64,000 bases of DNA. Source: Sphingobacteriales bacterium (GTDB lineage: Bacteria; Bacteroidota; Bacteroidia; Chitinophagales; JADJOU01). The position numbers and the translations under genes are program-made. Below are positions 52,979 through 62,519 of the stretch, one piece after another; the stretch's first letter is position 1; every line of letters begins with the position of its first letter. The notes below the pieces were generated by a model, which searched no databases, had not been told where the DNA came from, and was given only the letters and a program-made list of their open reading frames with translations. Location of the stretch: contig JAJTHM010000063.1 in assembly GCA_021297855.1 (NCBI GenBank), positions 203-64,202 on the forward strand, read 5' to 3'.

Positions 52979-55654
52979 ATGGAAAAGAATTTTAATGCAA
53001 AAGAAGTAGAGAAAAAGTGGAGTGAGTATTGGTTAGAGAATAAAACTTTTAAATCAACTATAGACGAAAGCCGTCCTTCCTATACTGTTTTAATACCCCC
53101 GCCCAATGTCACAGGGGTGCTGCATTTCGGGCATGTACTCAACAATTCACTTCAAGATTTTTTTATACGCAAAGCACGCAAGCAGGGATTTAATGTTAAT
53201 TGGGTTCCAGGTATTGACCACGCAGCGATAGCTACGGAAGCGAAGGTTGTTAGTTATCTTAGAGAGAAGGGGATAAAGAAAAGTGATCTGACTCGGGAAC
53301 AATTTCTTGACTATTGCTGGGAGTGGAAGGAAAAATACGGTGGTATAATCATAGACCAACTTAAAACGATAGGCGCTGGTTGTGACTGGGATCGAGTCAC
53401 TTTTACTTTAGATGACCATTACTACAAAGCCGTCATTAGGGTATTTGTTGATCTATATAAAAAAGGTTACATCTACAAAGGTAAGCGAATCATCAACTGG
53501 GATTGTGAAGCCAAAACAGCACTGTCTAATGAAGAAGTGATCTATAAAGAAGGTGGAGAGCAGGGACAACTTTTCCATTTGAGATACAAATATGCGGATG
53601 GTAGTGGATACCTGACAGTAGCTACAACAAGACCTGAGACCATTTTTGCCGATATGGCGGTAGCTGTAAATCCTGATGACGAGCGATACATAAGTCTATT
53701 GGGAAAGGAAGTTCTAATTCCATTGATTAATAAACCTATCAAAATCATAGCAGATAGTTATGTCGATAGAGAGTTTGGGACAGGATGCTTGAAAGTTACT
53801 CCAGCACACGATATCAATGACTATGAAATAGGACTTCGTCATAATTTAGAAGTGATTGATATTTTGAATGATGATGGCACCGTCAATGAACTTTGCGGTT
53901 ATCCTGAATTTATTGGTAAAGATAGATTCAAAGTGCGAAAAGAAATTAAAGCCAAGCTGGAAGAAGCAGATTGCCTCGAGAAGATAGAAGATATAGTAAA
54001 TAAAGTTGGTCGAAGTGAACGAACCAATTCGGTCGTAGAACCAAAATTGTCACTTCAATGGTATGTGGATATGAAAAATATATCCAAGAAAGCCTATGAG
54101 GTAGTTATGAGCGATGAAGTTCAATTCTTCCCTGCTTACCACAAAAATACGTTTAATCATTGGATGACCAATATTCGCGACTGGTGTATTTCTCGTCAGT
54201 TATGGTGGGGACATCGAATTCCTGCTTGGTATGATGCCGATGGCAATTACTATGTAGGCGAGACAATAGTAGATGCCTATGAACAGTATGAATCTTACCT
54301 TAAAGCAAATAATCGTCCATCCTCTGGAGGGATAGAGGGAGGTCAGTTAAAACAAGATGAAGATGTCCTCGACACTTGGGCATCCTCTTGGTTATGGCCT
54401 TTAGAGGTTTTTAATGGTTTCGAGCATTACAATAAAGAAACTGGTAAAATTGATTTTGAAAAATCAAAGGAATTGAGTTATTATATTCCTTCCAAAGTTA
54501 TAGTAACTGGACCAGATATTATGTTTTTATGGATAACGAGAATGGTTATAGCCAACTATGAATACACAGATAGAAAGCCATTTGAGAAAGTATTTTTTAC
54601 AGGTACAGTGAGAGATAAATTAGGAAGGAAAATGTCTAAGTCCTTAGGTAATTCTCCCGATTTATACGAAATGATTGATAAATACAGTATGGATGGTATT
54701 CGCTACGGAATGATGAGTATCAGTCCTGCGGGTAATGATATAATTTTTGAAGAAAAAAACCTAGAAATTGGCCGTAATTTTTCTAACAAAATTTGGAATG
54801 CATTCCGCCTAATCAAAGGCTGGGAAGTCATTGAAGGAAAGAATGAAGAAAATACAGCTGTGTTCGATTGGTTTGAAGCCTTGTTACAAAAAAATGTCAA
54901 TAGTTTTCTTGAAAACGTAGATCAATTGAGAATTTCAGAAGCCTTGAAAGATTTATATTCCTTCGTTTGGGATGATTTATGTTCTTGGTATCTAGAAATG
55001 ATTAAACCAGACTTTGAGAAGCCTATAGATTCTTTTACGTATGCTAAAACCATTAGTTATTTTGAAACGGTGGTTTCTCTTCTAAATCCAATTATGCCAT
55101 TCATAACAGAGGAAATTTGGGGTTATATAAAGGATAGGGATCAGTCTGACCTATGTTCAGAACATCAATTGCCTCAAAATGCTAAATTCAATGATGCAAT
55201 TATTCAAAAACAGAAGTTATTCGCAGAATTAATCATTAAAACGAGAGAAGTTCGGGCGAATCTAAAATTAAAGAATAGAGAAACGATAGGGCTAGGAATA
55301 GATGCAGAATTATTGAACGAAATTGAACCATTCATAGCTAAAGTAAAGAAATTAGTCTGGGCTGAGAATATTGACACGAATACCGAGGTTCATACGACTA
55401 ACACAGTTATCGTCAATGGTAAGAAGGTGGTGATCTTATCTGACAAGAAGATTGACGATGCGGATGCTTTAAAGAAAATTAAAGAGGATATTGAATATAC
55501 GAAGGGATTCATCAAATCCATAGAATCGAAGCTCAATAATGAGAAGTTCTCGGCTAACGCTCCTAAAAAGGTCTTAGAAATGGAAAGAAAAAAACTCAGT
55601 GATGGACAAGAAAAACTAAAACAACTAGAAAAAATGCTTGCACACAACCCGTAA
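52979..55654 (+). CDS. valS: valine--tRNA ligase
   Basis: Class I HIGH (PPPNVTGVLHFGHV) and KMSKS (GRKMSKSLGN) motifs, editing-domain segments (TTRPETIFADMAVAVNP), and a C-terminal coiled coil. 891 aa. Confidence 0.95.
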   Translation: MEKNFNAKEVEKKWSEYWLENKTFKSTIDESRPSYTVLIPPPNVTGVLHFGHVLNNSLQDFFIRKARKQGFNVNWVPGIDHAAIATEAKVVSYLREKGIKKSDLTREQFLDYCWEWKEKYGGIIIDQLKTIGAGCDWDRVTFTLDDHYYKAVIRVFVDLYKKGYIYKGKRIINWDCEAKTALSNEEVIYKEGGEQGQLFHLRYKYADGSGYLTVATTRPETIFADMAVAVNPDDERYISLLGKEVLIPLINKPIKIIADSYVDREFGTGCLKVTPAHDINDYEIGLRHNLEVIDILNDDGTVNELCGYPEFIGKDRFKVRKEIKAKLEEADCLEKIEDIVNKVGRSERTNSVVEPKLSLQWYVDMKNISKKAYEVVMSDEVQFFPAYHKNTFNHWMTNIRDWCISRQLWWGHRIPAWYDADGNYYVGETIVDAYEQYESYLKANNRPSSGGIEGGQLKQDEDVLDTWASSWLWPLEVFNGFEHYNKETGKIDFEKSKELSYYIPSKVIVTGPDIMFLWITRMVIANYEYTDRKPFEKVFFTGTVRDKLGRKMSKSLGNSPDLYEMIDKYSMDGIRYGMMSISPAGNDIIFEEKNLEIGRNFSNKIWNAFRLIKGWEVIEGKNEENTAVFDWFEALLQKNVNSFLENVDQLRISEALKDLYSFVWDDLCSWYLEMIKPDFEKPIDSFTYAKTISYFETVVSLLNPIMPFITEEIWGYIKDRDQSDLCSEHQLPQNAKFNDAIIQKQKLFAELIIKTREVRANLKLKNRETIGLGIDAELLNEIEPFIAKVKKLVWAENIDTNTEVHTTNTVIVNGKKVVILSDKKIDDADALKKIKEDIEYTKGFIKSIESKLNNEKFSANAPKKVLEMERKKLSDGQEKLKQLEKMLAHNP

Positions 55655-55782
55655 AGACCCAATTTATTGCGTCTCTATAGAAGGTAAAAACAGCGCATGC
55701 GTTGTATCAACCCTTTGTCTCAACTAAGTAAGGAGGTTGCATGCAGCGTCTCCACAATAAAAACAACTAAACAACTGTAAAT

Positions 55783-56286
55783 ATGAATAATAAGAAAAAC
55801 GATTCCCAATCTAAATTTGTCATAGTCAAAGAGAGCTACTCTCAGAACCTAATTAGCACGATAATTAATGCGGCTAAGAATAAAAATTTAATCACCATCC
55901 ACTATTACTCAAATGAGAAGGGTATAACTGAACGTGATATTGAACCCATGGATGTCGTAATCAGAAATGGTAAAAAGAATTTAGTAGGATGGTGCAGACT
56001 TCGTGAAGACTGGAGAACCTTTCGATTGGATAGAGTCAACTTTATCAAAATACATTTAGGTGAGACCTTCCCTAAACGTGAAGGCTATAACAGAGCAGAC
56101 TACCAAGACGAGGGGGTTTCATTTAATGTAAACGAAACGGTGCGCACACCTGTATCCACTGGTCGTCCAAATAAAGAGTTTGCTTTTAATACAGACAATA
56201 TTAAAACCATGTCTGAAAATAAACTTAACTTCTCTAATGACGAAGTGAAGACATATAGCGATGATGAGGAAGATATGGCGTTGTAG
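55783..56286 (+). CDS. stand-alone WYL domain protein
   Basis: ITIHYYSNEKGITERDIEPMDVVIRNGKKNLVGWCRLREDWRTFRLDRV is a WYL-domain signature. No HTH is visible N-terminally, and the tail is acidic. Confidence 0.75.
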   Translation: MNNKKNDSQSKFVIVKESYSQNLISTIINAAKNKNLITIHYYSNEKGITERDIEPMDVVIRNGKKNLVGWCRLREDWRTFRLDRVNFIKIHLGETFPKREGYNRADYQDEGVSFNVNETVRTPVSTGRPNKEFAFNTDNIKTMSENKLNFSNDEVKTYSDDEEDMAL

Positions 56287-56309
56287 TTTTGAATGATTAA
56301 TTCTTTTTT

Positions 56310-56669
56310 GTGAATAAGTTAAAGACTGCATTTTATATTTTAGCTTTTGTTTTTCTCAGTAATTCCTTGTTGTCACAAACGCAAGCTGAAATGAATAAGG
56401 AGGCAATAAAATCATACGAAAAATCAGATTTAGAGTTAAATAATTTGTATAAGAAATTTATTAACTTAATTGAAGGGGAAACGAAAACACTTTTTATTCA
56501 GGCTCAGCGAAACTGGATTGCTTTTAAGGAACAACAATGTAAATTTGAAGCTAGTATATATGAAGGAGGTAGCATTCAACCTTTAATAAAATTTGATTGT
56601 TTAGATAGAATAACAAAATCAAGAATCAGTGAATTAAAAGAGATAATTGACGAAACACTTCCTAAATGA
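56310..56669 (+). CDS. lysozyme inhibitor LprI family (DUF1311) protein
   Basis: Signal peptide, then ELNNLYKKF...AQRNWIAFKEQQC........GGS.....C....T..R..EL, the DUF1311 pattern. GTG start. Confidence 0.7.
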   Translation: MNKLKTAFYILAFVFLSNSLLSQTQAEMNKEAIKSYEKSDLELNNLYKKFINLIEGETKTLFIQAQRNWIAFKEQQCKFEASIYEGGSIQPLIKFDCLDRITKSRISELKEIIDETLPK

Positions 56670-56703
56670 CCGTCCATCAAAATATTAAAAATTAAGAATT
56701 TAA

Positions 56704-58002
<1,299 letters not shown>

Positions 58003-58016
58003 GAATCAATTAGTTT

Positions 58017-58301
58017 ATGGCCTCTAAGCTATTTTTCATTGTCCCTGCTTTCAGTATTCTGCTCAATTTCTTTTTATTGTGTCTAGATTCTTATGCTAGG
58101 TTTACTCCAGACCTTTTATTCTTATTTACTTTTGCCTTATATATTATTTTTCGAGCACTGTTAATTCTTCCCGCCTTTCTGCTATTAGTATTTAGAGGTA
58201 GTGATTCTATGCCTAATGGTATTTTATATCCACTCTTAGGTCTAAATGTATTGGAAATAGCGTATTTATTGCGATACCTATCTGTGACCTATTTAAAATA
58301 G
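58017..58301 (+). CDS. hypothetical small membrane protein (weak call)
   Basis: 94 aa with three hydrophobic segments. No other support. Confidence 0.3.
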   Translation: MASKLFFIVPAFSILLNFFLLCLDSYARFTPDLLFLFTFALYIIFRALLILPAFLLLVFRGSDSMPNGILYPLLGLNVLEIAYLLRYLSVTYLK

Positions 58302-58439
58302 AATACGCCAGTAAAGTTTGGTGAAATAAGAGATTCCCACTTGCGCAGATATGGACAACAAAAGCCTGGCAGAAATTAGCGCAGTGATTTCTTTGCCAGA
58401 TTAGGACTTTACACAGATTTAAGTACACGCTTTATTCTC

Positions 58440-58760
58440 CTCAACGCTAATATAGTTCTCCTTGCTTCACTCTATATTCTTTGTACTGCTTTGGTAGTAT
58501 AAGCTTCTGCATATATAATACTTCCACCTTCATGCATAATATGGGCTAATGCATAGATAGTTCTCGTTATGGCTTAGTTAAACCAATGTTACAAACTAAA
58601 TAGTCCAATCTGTTTTGTTTGGTTATCCCTACCGCATTGTTTATACACGCTACTGCTTTTGTAGTAATAGCTACTGCGCGTATATAGTTGGCTACTGCCG
58701 TGCTAGTTCTTCCTACTATAGTGGCAAAGCTTTTAGGATTCATACCATTGTTTTCCACTT
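58440..58760 (-). pseudogene. decayed coding remnant with an internal imperfect duplication
   Basis: Minus-strand reading gives related peptides in different frames (RTSTAVANYIRAVAITTKAVA and RTIYALAHIMHEGGSIIYAEAYTTKAVQ), broken by stops. Segments 58478-58528 and 58645-58700 align. TAGTTCT occurs at 58453, 58558 and 58704. Confidence 0.3.
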
Positions 58761-58912
58761 CGGTTAAATATAGGATCTAAGCATCGCAAGACATAAATAC
58801 GGCTATCCCTTAACTTTGTACCAGAAGGCATAAATTTCAACATTGGAGATACTCAGATATATCAAAGCAATTTTTAACTTAAACACAAAGGGAAATATCA
58901 TAAATTTGTCTT

Positions 58913-59227
58913 ATGTTAAACATAAACTTGTTTTATACTCGAATCATTTTGGTTTATTTGGCTCTATATATGGTCAATATGAATCTGAATGTATTTGTGG
59001 ATTGGACCAAGTCAGGATATTGTGTAGAAATAGCAGAAGAAACGGATGCCGAAGAATCTGAAAAAACGAAAGAGCTTACAGAAGAAAATGAATATAAAAT
59101 TTCTCGTGATATAAATTATTCACATATCGTTCTATCTAGCATTTATCTAGATGATATTCACCAATGCTACACGAGGCTATTGCCACCTCCTTATTTGTTG
59201 GATTTCAGTCCACCACCAGAAGCTTAG
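58913..59227 (+). CDS. hypothetical protein (weak call)
   Basis: 104-aa ORF with a hydrophobic N-terminus, an acidic middle and a Pro-rich end (LPPPYLLDFSPPPEA). No family recognised. Confidence 0.3.
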   Translation: MLNINLFYTRIILVYLALYMVNMNLNVFVDWTKSGYCVEIAEETDAEESEKTKELTEENEYKISRDINYSHIVLSSIYLDDIHQCYTRLLPPPYLLDFSPPPEA

Positions 59228-59337
59228 TTTGATCAATAGATGTTCTGAGGAACATTTTTAAATGCAGGGAAGCATGGATTTTATCCATCCATATTCTCTC
59301 TGTTGATTTTTCATCTATCAAATTAAGAATTTATCTA

Positions 59338-60915
59338 ATGAAGTTTAATTCATCATCATTTTTAACATTGAAAACAGATGCGCTTTCAGGGCTGGTCGTT
59401 TTCTTAGTGGCATTGCCGCTTTGTCTAGGCATAGCAGTCGCTTCGGGCGCACCTCCTTTTGCGGGTATTATTACGGGTATTATAGGTGGTATAGTCGTAG
59501 GTTTTCTGAGCAATTCCAATGTGAGTGTCTCTGGACCTGCTGCTGGTTTGATTGCTATTGTTCTCGTAGCTATTTCTAATCTCGGATACGAGGCATTCCT
59601 TCTCGCAGTAGTTATTGCGGGTATTTTTCAGCTCATACTTGGCTTCGCCAAAGCGGGAACACTCTCCAATTATATTCCATCGGGTGTCATAGAGGGTATG
59701 TTGACTGGTATAGGTATTATCATTATCAAAAAAGAATTTCCTCATGCCATCGGCTATGATACGGAGCACGAAGGTGATTTTTTTTCCTACCATATTATCG
59801 ATAAAGCAGATCAAGGTTTCTGGGGTGAGTTGATTCATTCATTCAATATGGCTCATACAGGTATTATCCTTGTCACAGTCATTTCTATAGTCCTTTTAAT
59901 CGCCTTCAATAATATCCCCTTTCTTAAAAAAATAAAGGCTATGCCAGGCGCTTTGATTGTAGTCATCGCAGGAATAATCATCAATGAAGTTTTCAGAATG
60001 ACTGGGTCACCATTGTTTATTGACGGCAATCACTTAGTCAAACTGCCTGTGGCTTCATCCTTGAATGAGTTTTTGACACAATTTAATTTACCAGATTTTT
60101 CGAGTGTAACCAAACCTGCCGTTTGGGTGACTGCAGCCACCATAGCAGCCGTAGCGAGTATTGAAACCCTCTTATGTCTGGAAGCTGGAGATAAAATGGA
60201 TCCCTTAAAAAGATACTCCAATGCGAATACAGAATTGAAAGCGCAAGGAATAGGTAATATTTTAGCTGGACTAGTTGGAGGAATACCATTGACCTCCGTA
60301 ATAGTGCGTACCTCTGCCAACGTCAATGCTGGCGCAAGAACGAAAATGTCAGCTATTACACATGGTGTATTCTTATTGCTAGCGGTAGTTCTAATTCCTA
60401 GCCTTCTAAACAAAATACCCATGGCTTGTCTGGCTGCGATACTGATTATGATCGGTCTAAAACTGGCTAGTCCGAAAATATTTAAACATATGTGGGATGC
60501 AGGTAAATTTCAGTTTATCCCTTTTATTGTCACTGTCATAGGCGTCGTGGGAATTGATTTACTCAAAGGGGTGGGGATAGGACTGGTTGTAAGTATTCTC
60601 TTTATATTAAAAGGCAATATGAAGCTAGCCTATTTCTTTAATAAAGAAAAACACAAGGAAGGGGAGACTATAAGAATCGACTTAGCCCAAGAAGTTTCAT
60701 TTCTCAATAAGGCTGCTATCAAACAAACCTTAGTGCATTTGCCTGCCAATAGCAAAGTCATCATCGACGCAAAAGACACGGTATATGTAGACTATGATGT
60801 CTTAGAATTAATCAGAGATTTTGTGAATATCGGTTCTAAGGGTAAAAATATTCAGGTAGAATTGCAAAACTTCAAAGAAGTTTATCAAATGGAGGCAAGT
60901 AATCATGTACACTAA
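59338..60915 (+). CDS. SulP family inorganic anion (bicarbonate/sulfate) transporter with C-terminal STAS domain
   Basis: DALSGLVVFLVALPLCLGIAVASGAPP N-terminal SulP signature, about 11 TM helices, and a STAS-like tail (VIIDAKDTVYVDYDVLELIRDF). Confidence 0.9.
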   Translation: MKFNSSSFLTLKTDALSGLVVFLVALPLCLGIAVASGAPPFAGIITGIIGGIVVGFLSNSNVSVSGPAAGLIAIVLVAISNLGYEAFLLAVVIAGIFQLILGFAKAGTLSNYIPSGVIEGMLTGIGIIIIKKEFPHAIGYDTEHEGDFFSYHIIDKADQGFWGELIHSFNMAHTGIILVTVISIVLLIAFNNIPFLKKIKAMPGALIVVIAGIIINEVFRMTGSPLFIDGNHLVKLPVASSLNEFLTQFNLPDFSSVTKPAVWVTAATIAAVASIETLLCLEAGDKMDPLKRYSNANTELKAQGIGNILAGLVGGIPLTSVIVRTSANVNAGARTKMSAITHGVFLLLAVVLIPSLLNKIPMACLAAILIMIGLKLASPKIFKHMWDAGKFQFIPFIVTVIGVVGIDLLKGVGIGLVVSILFILKGNMKLAYFFNKEKHKEGETIRIDLAQEVSFLNKAAIKQTLVHLPANSKVIIDAKDTVYVDYDVLELIRDFVNIGSKGKNIQVELQNFKEVYQMEASNHVH

Positions 60916-60937
60916 AATTAATAAAATTCAATAAATC

Positions 60938-61579
60938 ATGAAGAAAAATAGTAGTATCAAAAAATTGTTAGAAAATAATAAACACTGGGCTGAGGCTGTA
61001 GTCAAGGATGATCCAGAATTCTTTTCTAGATTATCTAATGTGCAAAAGCCAGAGTTTTTATGGATAGGATGCAGTGATAGTCGAGTACCAGCCGATAGAA
61101 TTACGGGAACTCAGCCGGGTGAGATTTTCGTACATAGAAATATTGCCAATATGGTCATTCATACAGATATGAACCTCTTGGCGGTTTTGGAGTATGCTGT
61201 AGACCATTTGGACGTAAGTCATATCATAGTATGTGGACACTATGGCTGCGGTGGGGTCAAAGCAGCTATGTCAAGACATAATTTTGATTTAATCAATAAA
61301 TGGATTCGAAATATCAAAGACGTGTATAGAATGCACCGCGATACAATAGACTATCAAACAAAACCAGACGAAAGATTAAATAAATTGATAGAACTCAATG
61401 TGGAAGAGCAGGTAATGAATCTGGCTAAAACGAGTATCGTTCAAAAAGCATGGAAAAATAAAAAGAAACCCGAAATACATGGCTGGGTCTATAGTTTAGA
61501 AGATGGACTTATCAAAGAGATATGCACTATGACTCACAAAGACCATCTAGATCCTCTTTATGAGTTCGATGATTTATAG
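60938..61579 (+). CDS. can: beta-class carbonic anhydrase
   Basis: Close resemblance to E. coli Can throughout: FLWIGCSDSRVP, GEIFVHRNIAN, VCGHYGCGGV, IHGWVY. Confidence 0.9.
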   Translation: MKKNSSIKKLLENNKHWAEAVVKDDPEFFSRLSNVQKPEFLWIGCSDSRVPADRITGTQPGEIFVHRNIANMVIHTDMNLLAVLEYAVDHLDVSHIIVCGHYGCGGVKAAMSRHNFDLINKWIRNIKDVYRMHRDTIDYQTKPDERLNKLIELNVEEQVMNLAKTSIVQKAWKNKKKPEIHGWVYSLEDGLIKEICTMTHKDHLDPLYEFDDL

Positions 61580-61599
61580 AAAGTATTAGACAAGCTTTT

Positions 61600-62418
61600 T
61601 TATTTTAAACTTGAACTCAAATCAATATTCATGTATAAATTGACGATAATGCCATGATTGTATTGAAATACATTTTGATTATTGATTTGTCTTCCGAATT
61701 GTAGTATTTGATTGAGGTAGCCAGCTTCCAATCGGACTTTTTTATTGAAAGTATATCCGCACAATACGCCTAGTCTATTTTGATCAAAGACATTGGCATT
61801 GACATTCTCTCCGAATCCGATAAAAATTTCGTCGTAAAGCGCTAGATATGGAGAGTTATTTTTTAACTCTGATTTTTTCAGAGGAACTTGTACCCGAAAC
61901 ATATAACGAGCTCGGTGCAGGAGGGGAAATTCATCTTCTCTTTCTAATGCAGCTTGACTATAGCGGCCGACAAATCGCTGCTCTAGCATAAACCTGTGGG
62001 AAAATTGAAAGCGTCCTTCATTAGAAGTTATTTGCAACATTTGAAATAATCTATGTTCTGTGAAATCTCTTCCTAATCCATTTAAAGGAAGTTCACCATA
62101 GGGAAATGTTTCTATCCAGGCATAGCCCAATCGGAATAATACTCGCGGGTTTAACTGGTAATTGATGCCAAGCCTCAAAAGACTTTGCTGCCAGCTGGCA
62201 ATAACTTGATCCCTGCGAAATTGATATTCGGTATGAATTCCAAATTTTTCATTGACCTTCCATGTCATAAAAAGATTGTACCAACCAATAGTTCCTGTAG
62301 TGTTAAGTCTGTTGTTTTGACTACTGACACTAAAAGCAATACATAAGTAAGTAATAGTGGCGAAAGTTCTTTTAAAAGGAAGAATCGCGAAATATTTAGT
62401 CGTTGATTTAGCCCACAT
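61600..62418 (-). CDS. DUF2490-like outer-membrane beta-barrel protein
   Basis: 272 aa with alternating aromatic/polar beta-strand pattern (FQFSHRFMLEQRF, RARYMFRVQVPL), consistent with DUF2490. Confidence 0.55.
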   Translation of the reverse strand: MWAKSTTKYFAILPFKRTFATITYLCIAFSVSSQNNRLNTTGTIGWYNLFMTWKVNEKFGIHTEYQFRRDQVIASWQQSLLRLGINYQLNPRVLFRLGYAWIETFPYGELPLNGLGRDFTEHRLFQMLQITSNEGRFQFSHRFMLEQRFVGRYSQAALEREDEFPLLHRARYMFRVQVPLKKSELKNNSPYLALYDEIFIGFGENVNANVFDQNRLGVLCGYTFNKKVRLEAGYLNQILQFGRQINNQNVFQYNHGIIVNLYMNIDLSSSLK

Positions 62419-62519
62419 TGCAGCAAGAATGTTAAAATACGCCCTTTAGATGTTAAAAATCGGGTAAGTTTGGTATAAAATCCTCGGTAAACCTAGTATT
62501 TTCGTTTCGATTTGATTTG

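Noticed and set aside
58843-59061. 72-aa ORF overlapping the 58913-59227 ORF in another frame
   Set aside because: It is shorter, Cys/Arg-rich and overlaps a slightly better candidate. Neither has strong support, so only the longer one is listed, with low confidence.
59425-60422. Minus-strand ORFs 59425-59838, 60030-60422 and 60083-60289
   Set aside because: They are antisense shadows inside the SulP transporter gene.
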